DNA of 28,379 nucleotides from an uncultured archaeon (GCA_964458565.1 CAYWJO010000044.1:1-28379); one strand, 5' to 3'. Counted from the stretch's first letter, positions 1 to 7,343 are shown. The notes: generated from the sequence alone by a model not told the origin. Numbers and translations are program-made.

Positions 1-83
1 GGGATGGTGATGTGAGCGATCCCTCTGACCCCAGCCAGGCAACCACTGATGTCGAACCTGTGGATGACTCCTTCGACGGGACG
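1..83 (+). repeat. FN3/DDSFDGT repeat copy R1 (partial)
   Basis: 42-83 matches 1964-2005 at 40/42 nt (accactgatgtcgaRcctgtggatgactccttcgacggRacg). Confidence 0.95.
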
Positions 84-764
84 GATGAGGGTTTTATTGA
101 ATCACTTGATAACAGCACCATTGATTCCACACTAAATCAAGTAGAATCAGAAACAGAATGTTATTGGACGGGTCCATGGCCAGAGCTTAATTATAAAAGA
201 GTAGCTACAGATAATGATGATGTAAGTTTTCATTTTAAGAGAGACTTAGTTGGAACAGTAACAGTCTGCAGTGTTTCCCAGGAACCAACTATTGAACCAA
301 ATGATGACTACCTTGATGAAGTTTTGGTGGAATTTATCATAATAGATTTTATAACTAGTTCTTTCTTTTTCTTTATGAGCCGGGCATTAGATATTTTTGA
401 ATATGGTGGATATGTAAATCTCTATGCCCTTGGAGCATCATTTGTTTTTTGGGTTACAGCAGTTGTATATGCTATGTGTGTTATAACTATGGTTACAGTG
501 ATTAATGAATGGAGTTGGGAGTGGGCTGCAGCAATGTTCGTGGTTTTGGGCATTGAATGCTTAATAGCTGCATTCGGAGGTATCATCACTAGTTTATTCA
601 ACTTGACCTTAGGAACGATACTAGGAAATCTTCTAGCAAATGTTGCAATGAACGAGTTAATCGAGGCAATCACAGGATTGTGGCTGAAGAAACTTTATTT
701 TGTTCTTGCAGCGGGTATGTTTTTTACCTGTGCTTGGCAATGCCTTAATGGAGGAATAACCTAA
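3..764 (+). CDS. Cassette 1: end of FN3 domain + variable hydrophobic C-terminal domain (putative polymorphic toxin tip); 5'-partial
   Basis: The frame is open from base 3 (DGDVSDPSDPSQATTDVEPVDDSFDGT), matching the FN3 ends of the later cassettes, so the GTG at 12 is probably not a true start. Then YWTGPWP and several hydrophobic helices. Function is inferred from architecture. Confidence 0.75.
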   Translation, partial: DGDVSDPSDPSQATTDVEPVDDSFDGTDEGFIESLDNSTIDSTLNQVESETECYWTGPWPELNYKRVATDNDDVSFHFKRDLVGTVTVCSVSQEPTIEPNDDYLDEVLVEFIIIDFITSSFFFFMSRALDIFEYGGYVNLYALGASFVFWVTAVVYAMCVITMVTVINEWSWEWAAAMFVVLGIECLIAAFGGIITSLFNLTLGTILGNLLANVAMNELIEAITGLWLKKLYFVLAAGMFFTCAWQCLNGGIT

Positions 765-765
765 A

Positions 766-1146
766 TTGATAGAATTTTTTATCAATGTTTCAGTTTTTAT
801 TCTAGCTTTGATACCCATATATTTCATAGGGATGGGAGTGGTATTAATCCCTATTATCCTTGCACGATTTAACCTAGAAAAGGTACTTGCCTATTGGCAA
901 AGACGATATTTGGTTTTGCTTATTGATATGATCAGTCTTGTAGTAAGTAGCGTATTTGCATTTTTTTTATGGGCTACTACAATGTATAGAAATCTGATAG
1001 CTTCATTGGGCATAACAATGCCAGGTATCGAAATAATTCTCACAGCTGTGTATATTTTCGGATATATTATCTTCCTAAAAGGACATCAAAGATATAGGTC
1101 GAAAGTTATATCTACTGCTAAGCAGCAGAATTCAGACATTGTGTAA
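766..1146 (+). CDS. Small 3-TM membrane protein, putative cognate immunity/partner of cassette 1
   Basis: 126 aa, three hydrophobic segments. TTG start 1 nt after the upstream stop, with GGAGGA at 750-755 inside the upstream gene (translational coupling). Confidence 0.7.
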   Translation: MIEFFINVSVFILALIPIYFIGMGVVLIPIILARFNLEKVLAYWQRRYLVLLIDMISLVVSSVFAFFLWATTMYRNLIASLGITMPGIEIILTAVYIFGYIIFLKGHQRYRSKVISTAKQQNSDIV

Positions 1147-1278
1147 TAGGGAAAGATGTAGCTTGAATATTATAATAAATTTAGGACAAAATGAGCAGTG
1201 TATCAATATTTGGAGCAGCCGCAATCTTTGCTGGATTAGCACCATTTCATATCTTTAGTTAAATAAGGTGATGAAGCA

Positions 1279-1692
1279 ATGAAGAGAGAATCATCAAACC
1301 TGAATGGATTCATATCAGCGAATAAATACGTGATAGTACTTCTAATGATAGGAATTATATTACTGTTGTATAATCTTGTTGTTGGAGATTTGAGATTCAC
1401 GATCTTTACTCTCGGATATGTGCTATTAGCCTTGTTTATACTCTTAATGTCTCGTGATACTACAAAAGAGACTCATGGAATGGCTTATGTTGCACTACTC
1501 AATGATCAATTAAGAAAGTCTCATGATCCACCGAACCTCCTGAGAGAAACAATTAGGAGATTTCTAAAGAATGAGAAACCACCACGAGAGGTAGTGATAA
1601 AGATATTACGTCAATTCTCGAATTATTCTGATGAGGTAGGAATAGAGGCCCAAAGACTTCTCTCTGAAGTTACGTCTACAAATTATCCGTAA
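1279..1692 (+). CDS. 2-TM protein with C-terminal QFxxxSDEVGxxA motif (paralog of 5420-5842), putative orphan immunity/accessory protein
   Basis: GGTGA RBS at 1267-1271; two N-terminal TM helices; ends ILRQFSNYSDEVGIEAQRLL. Confidence 0.75.
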   Translation: MKRESSNLNGFISANKYVIVLLMIGIILLLYNLVVGDLRFTIFTLGYVLLALFILLMSRDTTKETHGMAYVALLNDQLRKSHDPPNLLRETIRRFLKNEKPPREVVIKILRQFSNYSDEVGIEAQRLLSEVTSTNYP

Positions 1693-1768
1693 GACGGAGA
1701 GGAGTAGGACCTAGGAATAGTTCAGGAATAACCGGTGAATAGTTACTTTCATCACTACCATATGTGGT

Positions 1769-2752
1769 ATGTGGACTGGGAACGATGAGCCAGACATGGA
1801 CCACTACTGCATCTACCGGGATGGTATCAAGGTGGGCGAGGTTGACCATCCCACGACAAGCTTTATCGACAGTGGGCTGGAGCCTGAGACCGAGTATACG
1901 TATACAATGACAGCTGTGGACGACGAGGGTAACGAGGGAGATTTCTCAGACCCTGACTCTACCACCACTGATGTCGAGCCTGTGGATGACTCCTTCGACG
2001 GAACGATGTGGGCATCATCAACAGACGAAGCATTATCATTTATTCAAGATTTGCTTATCAGTTCGATGGACCATCTTGATGCGTATTGGACTGGCTGGTG
2101 GCCAGTATGTCACATTGTTATTTCCTGGAATCCATTCGTTAATGTGGAGCTATCTCTACATCTTACCCTAGATTTACTTCTCAACATCGATATTGGGTTG
2201 GATGGATGTGTGTCTTTAATCGTTCCCTTCCTAACATACATTGGCATTGATGAATCTGAGATGTTCTCGGAAACACGTGCAGCGATCTATAGGCTTAGAG
2301 GATTCCATGATGTTATGAACCCATGGGAAATATCTGATTGGGCTGCCATAGCAGCCATGGTGGCAGGTATGGCTGCAGGTACTCCAATAGGTTCTGTAGC
2401 GTATGGAATAGCACTCGTTGCGTGGTGGGTCAGCCTTGCAGGGGCTATAATCAATGATTACATAGGAATGATCAATGGAGATCTAGAACGATTTGATGTC
2501 GGTTTGCAGTGTGTCCAAAAGGGATTTCAATATGCTATTCAAGGTGGCGCAGGTCTTGCAGCAGGAATTGGGATGAACATGGCATATAATGAAAAGGTGT
2601 TAAATAAAGAAGCTGGGAAGCTTATCGATGACAATCCTGCAAGGGAAATAATAGATAATGAGGTTCCAAAGAACGTAATATCTGGAATCCTTAATCTCCT
2701 TACTGGGTTCGTTGTTGTTATTGTCGGAGTACTTATTTGGAATGGTCTATAA
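1769..2752 (+). CDS. Cassette 2: truncated FN3 + variable Gly/Ala-rich hydrophobic C-terminal domain (putative orphan toxin tip)
   Basis: FN3 consensus W..HYCIYRDG..TSFIDSGLEPETEYTYTMTAVDDEGNEG, then DDSFDGT, YWTGWWP and hydrophobic Gly/Ala-rich helices. No signal peptide or clear RBS; the ATG aligns with an ACG (Thr) codon in copy R3. Confidence 0.75.
   Translation: MWTGNDEPDMDHYCIYRDGIKVGEVDHPTTSFIDSGLEPETEYTYTMTAVDDEGNEGDFSDPDSTTTDVEPVDDSFDGTMWASSTDEALSFIQDLLISSMDHLDAYWTGWWPVCHIVISWNPFVNVELSLHLTLDLLLNIDIGLDGCVSLIVPFLTYIGIDESEMFSETRAAIYRLRGFHDVMNPWEISDWAAIAAMVAGMAAGTPIGSVAYGIALVAWWVSLAGAIINDYIGMINGDLERFDVGLQCVQKGFQYAIQGGAGLAAGIGMNMAYNEKVLNKEAGKLIDDNPAREIIDNEVPKNVISGILNLLTGFVVVIVGVLIWNGL
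1771..2005 (+). repeat. FN3/DDSFDGT repeat copy R2
   Basis: 1771-1836 matches 3956-4021 at 63/66 nt; 3' end matches R1. Confidence 0.95.
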
Positions 2753-2766
2753 GGAGCAATGAAAGT

Positions 2767-3114
2767 ATGTCGATTAGTACCACAGACCCGATAGCTGAGA
2801 TGATTGTTTGGGTGAATCTAATTGTCAATCTAGCTTTCGCCTTAATTCTGTTTCTGCGATTGAAGAAAGTAAGGAGTCTCATGTCTTGGACATTTCAATC
2901 CTATCGAAATGGAATAGCTCTCGTAGTTTTATGGAGTAGTATGTTCTTGTCTTTACTATTAATAGCAATAGGTCAAGGTCAAATTAGCCTTCTCCCAGAA
3001 ATACTGATTCGACTTCCATTTGCATGGTTCCCCTTGGTTCCTGTGATTCTCTTGGTATGGACAAAGAAAATGAAGACACTCGATGAGACCAATGAGGTAG
3101 ATAATATTCATTGA
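2767..3114 (+). CDS. Small 3-TM membrane protein, putative cognate immunity/partner of cassette 2
   Basis: Three hydrophobic segments. AAGGAG at 2751-2756 favours ATG 2767 over the ORF-track start 2737. Confidence 0.7.
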   Translation: MSISTTDPIAEMIVWVNLIVNLAFALILFLRLKKVRSLMSWTFQSYRNGIALVVLWSSMFLSLLLIAIGQGQISLLPEILIRLPFAWFPLVPVILLVWTKKMKTLDETNEVDNIH

Positions 3115-3150
3115 ACTTAGCATATACAATTATACCGAGGCTTGAAACTA

Positions 3151-3318
3151 ATGCAACTAGATATACCCGTATTGCAGAGCATCCTTGCGGCAATTTGGGG
3201 TGTTGCGATTATACTACCTCTTCTATTCCTGATGCTACCAGAAGCAGATAAAAAATGGTCTAGTGTATATGAGACCTGTTTCTCATCGAATCTGCGATCA
3301 ATCATGACTGGATTCTAG
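3151..3318 (+). pseudogene. 55-aa single-TM ORF, probable fragment of a membrane (immunity-like) gene
   Basis: Hand translation MQLDIPVLQSILAAIWGVAIILPLLFLMLPEADKKWSSVYETCFSSNLRSIMTGF; same strand as the array; no clear RBS. Confidence 0.35.
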
Positions 3319-3551
3319 GTATTGAAACCTTCGTTGAAGTTTTGGGAGGTCCAAAAAGCATCTATGGAATATTTACAGGAGGATGGAGTACTTTAATAGG
3401 ATATGGAATTGCAGAATGGAATAATATCCAACAAGCTCTAAGTAGATGTATTTTTGGGACAATATTTGTTGCAGCTTGGGCTGTTGTTGTATTGATGATG
3501 GCATCCCTTTTCTTCTGCTACTATGTAACAGGGGCTCCTATCAATTTTTAA
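3273..3551 (+). pseudogene. Remnant C-terminal part of a variable tip domain lacking its FN3 segment
   Basis: Open frame from 3273 (ORF track starts at TTG 3342). LGIETFVEVLGG resembles LGIECLIAAFGG of cassette 1. Ends in a hydrophobic helix directly before a 3-TM gene. Confidence 0.55.
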
Positions 3552-3571
3552 GTTGAGGTCTGATATGTGAA

Positions 3572-3919
3572 TTGATGGAAATATTCATTCTTGGTATAAG
3601 CTTTGGATTTCTAGTGATTTTTGTCTTAATACGGTGGCTTCTCGTTGAATCATTGGCAGTAATGGAAGACAAAGGTCTAGGAGGAAACAAGTATGTAAAT
3701 CGATGGTCCGAGGTTATAAATAACCAACAAAGTATTCTTGGGATTGGTACTACACTACCATTTGCCATTTTAGTGGTGATAACGCTTCTTCAAGCATGGA
3801 TATTGTTCATCTCGGCTGTGGAAAATGAAGTATTATTTATTCTGATTCTATCCATTTTGAGCTTTATGTGCATCATGGCTATTACTTCAGTTCAATACTC
3901 ATACAAGAAGAAATCATGA
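3572..3919 (+). CDS. Small 3-TM membrane protein, putative immunity partner of the 3273-3551 remnant
   Basis: 115 aa, three hydrophobic segments, basic C-terminus; GAGGT upstream. Confidence 0.7.
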   Translation: MMEIFILGISFGFLVIFVLIRWLLVESLAVMEDKGLGGNKYVNRWSEVINNQQSILGIGTTLPFAILVVITLLQAWILFISAVENEVLFILILSILSFMCIMAITSVQYSYKKKS

Positions 3920-3938
3920 TTGGTTATTTCATCAATAA

Positions 3939-4928
3939 GACAATGTTACTATCACGTGGACTGGGAACGAAGAGCCAGACATGGACCACTACTGTATCTA
4001 CCGGGATGGGATCAAGGTGGGTGACGTGGACGAGTCCCAGACGACCTTCACAGACAGCGGCCTGGAACCAGAGACCACGTACAGCTACCGGGTCTCGGCA
4101 GTGGACGACGAGGGCAACGAGGGACCACAGTCGGACGCTGATGACGCCACCACTGACCCTGAGCCTGTGGAGCTGATGGATTGTGATGGGACTGTTGAAG
4201 GATTAGCAGCTGAAGCAACGAGGAAATATGAAACAACGATAGACCAACGAATGATCGAAGCTATACAAGCAATGTCAACGTACTGGACTGGTTGGTGGCC
4301 ACTCCTTCATTTCATCTGTGATAAGACAGCTGATCAGGATGCAAATATAGCCTTTCACTTAACTATTGATTTAATAGGTTGTGTTTCAGCAGAATCGTTC
4401 AACTTATCCTTCCTAGGTGTGGAAGATCTGTCCATTTCTGAGAGCAATGATGTGATTGATGATATCTCGAGTAATGCTCGCTCTCTTTGGGATGCATCAA
4501 TGGAATTATTGAAGAATATTGTTTCAACTGCTTGGTTAATAGCTGAGCTACTTGCGCTCTTTCAGATACCTTCAACTGAATCTATCTTTTGGTTCACACT
4601 TGGAATTGCGATTGGAGCATATTTCTGTTATCTTGCGCTGCTTATTCTACATACTCGTGCATTTAATTTAGATCCGTGGACGAAAGCAATCACATTTTTC
4701 TTTGCAGCTCTACTTCTTGGGGGTGGAGTAGTAAAGAACTTATGGAAAGCAACAAGCCTTGGTCAAGGTAGTATATCTAGATTCTTCCAGAGTAAATATA
4801 TTTCTCATCCAAAATTAAAGAAGGTAGGATTTCAAGGACGTACTCATGTAGGATTGATGCTTGGACAACTAACTTGCTTAATTACCACAATAATAATAGC
4901 TACATTATTCTATCTAGGTGTTCTTTAA
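3939..4928 (+). CDS. Cassette 3: truncated FN3 + variable 4-helix hydrophobic C-terminal domain (putative orphan toxin tip)
   Basis: FN3 homology starts before the first ATG (3981): after TAA 3936-3938 the frame reads DNVTITWTGNEEPDMDHYCIYRDG. Then MDCDGT, YWTGWWP and four hydrophobic helices. Confidence 0.75.
   Translation, partial: DNVTITWTGNEEPDMDHYCIYRDGIKVGDVDESQTTFTDSGLEPETTYSYRVSAVDDEGNEGPQSDADDATTDPEPVELMDCDGTVEGLAAEATRKYETTIDQRMIEAIQAMSTYWTGWWPLLHFICDKTADQDANIAFHLTIDLIGCVSAESFNLSFLGVEDLSISESNDVIDDISSNARSLWDASMELLKNIVSTAWLIAELLALFQIPSTESIFWFTLGIAIGAYFCYLALLILHTRAFNLDPWTKAITFFFAALLLGGGVVKNLWKATSLGQGSISRFFQSKYISHPKLKKVGFQGRTHVGLMLGQLTCLITTIIIATLFYLGVL
3942..4202 (+). repeat. FN3 repeat copy R3
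   Basis: 5' part matches R2 (63/66). 4110-4153 is identical to 6100-6143 (44 nt). 4185-4202 matches 6175-6192 at 17/18. Confidence 0.95.
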
Positions 4929-4944
4929 GTGTAATGAAAAATCA

Positions 4945-5361
4945 ATGGAGATGAATGACATGACTGACGATGAACGTATTTTGTTAATTTGGATGTTGTT
5001 TTTTGATGCTATATACGCGATTGCAGTATATTTCTACTTTGTAAAAGGGAACTTTCTCCGAGTTCGTCTATCACGAGGTGCCTTAATTGAAAATTCTACA
5101 TTGGGTTATTCATTGGCAAAGCTTAGTATAGATTCAAAAATGCATTACAGAGTCTTGAGTATGTTCGGATTCTCTTCACCAGTTCTACTCTTCTGGGTTT
5201 TGAGTTATATGTTCATTCCTATTATGTTTCTTGATATATTTAGAGAAAGCCTTTTGTTTTTAGTAGGCTCTATTCTTCTTGGATTTTGTTTTACACTAGA
5301 AATTAGTGATAAAGAGGATGTTTTGGTAGAAGATTATGATGATCCCATAAATAATATTTGA
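4945..5361 (+). CDS. Small 3-TM membrane protein, putative cognate immunity/partner of cassette 3
   Basis: Three hydrophobic segments, acidic tail. Start is ambiguous among ATG 4945/4951/4960 (GGAG at 4947-4950 favours 4960). Confidence 0.7.
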   Translation: MEMNDMTDDERILLIWMLFFDAIYAIAVYFYFVKGNFLRVRLSRGALIENSTLGYSLAKLSIDSKMHYRVLSMFGFSSPVLLFWVLSYMFIPIMFLDIFRESLLFLVGSILLGFCFTLEISDKEDVLVEDYDDPINNI

Positions 5362-5419
5362 ATAGGACTGGCATTTGAATTGAATAGCATTGACAATAGC
5401 AATAAAAGCGGTAGTTAAA

Positions 5420-5842
5420 ATGACGGAGAAAAAAGAATCCAATGAAATGAATGAAACATTGAATATGGGGATAGCATTAAAGGTGAAAGTGATATGGCGT
5501 TGGACATTGCGAATCTGGTTGATTCTTTTTATTCCAGTGGGCATATTGATGACAGTAGTTGGATTCGACAATTTCACCATCTCCGCATACATTATGGTCT
5601 CCTTTTTCTTGTTCATTACATATCCATCAATAAAGGAAGAATCTGACATATCAGGTAGGGAAGCAAGGATGTTAGAGATCTTTGTGTCAAGGTCTGAAAA
5701 TCCCTCCGCTTCATTCGAAGAGTATATTATAAAATTACGGAATTCAGGCCGAATTGGAAACAATGAACTTCAGGAGTTACTGATACAATTCACCTCCCGA
5801 AGTGATGAAGTAGGAGCAAAAGCAAGAGAAATGATTGGATGA
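5420..5842 (+). CDS. 2-TM protein with C-terminal QFxxxSDEVGxxA motif (paralog of 1279-1692)
   Basis: Two TM helices, ends LLIQFTSRSDEVGAKAREMIG. ATG 5420 preferred over TTG 5390. Confidence 0.75.
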   Translation: MTEKKESNEMNETLNMGIALKVKVIWRWTLRIWLILFIPVGILMTVVGFDNFTISAYIMVSFFLFITYPSIKEESDISGREARMLEIFVSRSENPSASFEEYIIKLRNSGRIGNNELQELLIQFTSRSDEVGAKAREMIG

Positions 5843-5925
5843 TGTAGAAGCTGCATTATTACAGCCTAGATAGGATTATTCAATTTGGAGAGAAGGTAGC
5901 TTCGTTTTGGTGGTTAGAACACTTC

Positions 5926-6213
5926 CACGAGGAGGTCGAGCTGAGCTGGGACGCCAGCGGTGCTGGTGACCTCCACCACTACAACGTGTTTAGGGACGGG
6001 ATGAAGGTGGCGGAGGTGGATGAGCCCACCACAACCTTCACAGACACCGGGCTGGAGCCCGAGACCACCTACTCCTACACGGTGTCAGCGGTGGACGAGG
6101 AGGGCAACGAGGGACCACAGTCGGACGCTGATGACGCCACCACGGAACAGGAGCCTCCCCCTGATGACTCCTTCGATGGGACTGCTGAAGGAATAGTCGA
6201 AACTAGTATCTAA
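5926..6213 (+). pseudogene. Terminal FN3 stub (repeat copy R4) without a C-terminal tip
   Basis: Frame reads HEEVELSWDASGAGDLHHYNVFRDGMKV...GLEPETTYSYTVSAVDEEGNEG...DDSFDGTAEGIVETSI*. FN3 homology starts upstream of the called GTG 5986, and the frame stops 9 codons after DGT. Confidence 0.85.
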
Positions 6214-6370
6214 AAGATTCGTAAGAAGCGCCTAAAGATTGTTTACTGTTGCATAGAGTGATTCAATTTAATGGAGTTTAGATTACGTCATTCGGAGCGA
6301 GTCACCTCAAGAAACACTTATTCGGTAATAGTCCTTCAAAAGGATGCCAATGACTTGAAGGAGCGAAATA

Positions 6371-7123
6371 ATGTCAGGTAAGATAATCAGTATCCATTCA
6401 TTCCGAGGAGGTACTGGAAAATCAAACATATCCGCTAATCTTGCAGCTCTAGCTGCACTAGATGGAAAACGAGTCGCGGTCATGGATACAGATATCGCTT
6501 CTCCCGGAATTCACGTTATTTTTGGGATGGGTCGTGAGAAAATGAAGTACACTCTCAATGATTATCTAAGAGGAGAGTGTGACATCACAGATACGTGTGT
6601 GGATATGACCGAACGCCTTGGAATAAAACAAGGGAAATTGTTCCTTATCCCTTCATCAATGAGTGCAACTGACATTACAAGAATACTTCGAGAAGGGTAC
6701 GAAGTAAGCGACTTGAGAAATGGGTTTAGCGAAGTAATCGAAGCAAGAGACCTCGACTATCTGATCATCGACACTCATCCAGGACTTGATAGAGAGACAC
6801 TACTCTCCATGGCAACAGCAGATTTTCTCTTCGTCGTAGCAAGAATTGATGAACAGGATCTTCTTGGAACTGCAGCTACATTGAGTGTTGCAAAGAAATT
6901 ACAAGTTCCAGATATTCGCATTATAATCAACAAAAAACCAAGTATCTATGAAGACGATGCAATCAGAGCAGAAGTTGAAAGGAAATTCAAAACAAAAGTT
7001 GCCACTATTATTCCTCTTGTGCCCATCCTGATTGAGGTCGGCAGCCGATATGTTGTGATTCTCAAACATCCTGACAATGAGTTCACAAAAAAAATCCAAG
7101 ATATTTACAATGTCATAAAATGA
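6371..7123 (+). CDS. MinD/ParA-family ATPase
   Basis: Deviant Walker A SFRGGTGKS, VMDTD, LIIDTHPG; AAGGAG RBS. Confidence 0.92.
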   Translation: MSGKIISIHSFRGGTGKSNISANLAALAALDGKRVAVMDTDIASPGIHVIFGMGREKMKYTLNDYLRGECDITDTCVDMTERLGIKQGKLFLIPSSMSATDITRILREGYEVSDLRNGFSEVIEARDLDYLIIDTHPGLDRETLLSMATADFLFVVARIDEQDLLGTAATLSVAKKLQVPDIRIIINKKPSIYEDDAIRAEVERKFKTKVATIIPLVPILIEVGSRYVVILKHPDNEFTKKIQDIYNVIK

Positions 7124-7128
7124 TAATT

Positions 7129-7242
7129 TCAATCAAACAGCAATGGAACATAGACGATAGATAATGAAAGTAGAATCAGGACTAGACTGATCAGGAGAAT
7201 GAGTGGTAAGATAATCAGGTCTGGCTCTTCTTCATACTCCAT
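7129..7242 (-). CDS. 37-aa single-pass membrane microprotein (not in ORF track)
   Basis: Hand translation MEYEEEPDLIILPLILLISLVLILLSLSIVYVPLLFD*. GTGATAAGG immediately upstream; stop lies 5 nt from the MinD stop. Confidence 0.6.
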   Translation of the reverse strand: MEYEEEPDLIILPLILLISLVLILLSLSIVYVPLLFD

Positions 7243-7343
7243 CCTTATCACGAACAATATAGATTGAAACCATATCAGTCTCTCGCAAAATGCACATCTC
7301 GATAGCTCTTTATAGAGTTCAGGAACCTTTTTTTTAGGTTTGA

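Noticed and set aside
3868-4236. Alternative-frame and antisense ORFs over the handles (3868-4176 +, 4048-4236 -, also 1971-2171 +)
   Set aside because: By-products of stop-poor GC-rich repeat sequence overlapping the clear FN3 frame.
5296-5763. 155-aa minus-strand ORF and the other antisense ORFs in the track (e.g. 422-673, 16494-17027, 26126-26533)
   Set aside because: They shadow well-supported genes on the opposite strand and carry no motifs.
1-6213. CRISPR, DGR, integron or shufflon interpretation of the repeats
   Set aside because: The repeats are long, protein-coding, direct and ~2 kb apart. There is no palindromic attC-like site, no adenine-specific mismatch pattern, no inverted copies, and no RT, integrase or cas gene in the window.
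7199-7267. MSGKII mini-ORF sharing 14 nt (ggtaagataatcag, 7205-7218) with the MinD start (6377-6390)
   Set aside because: Similarity stops after six codons, and the region is better explained by the 37-aa TM gene on the opposite strand; probably chance.
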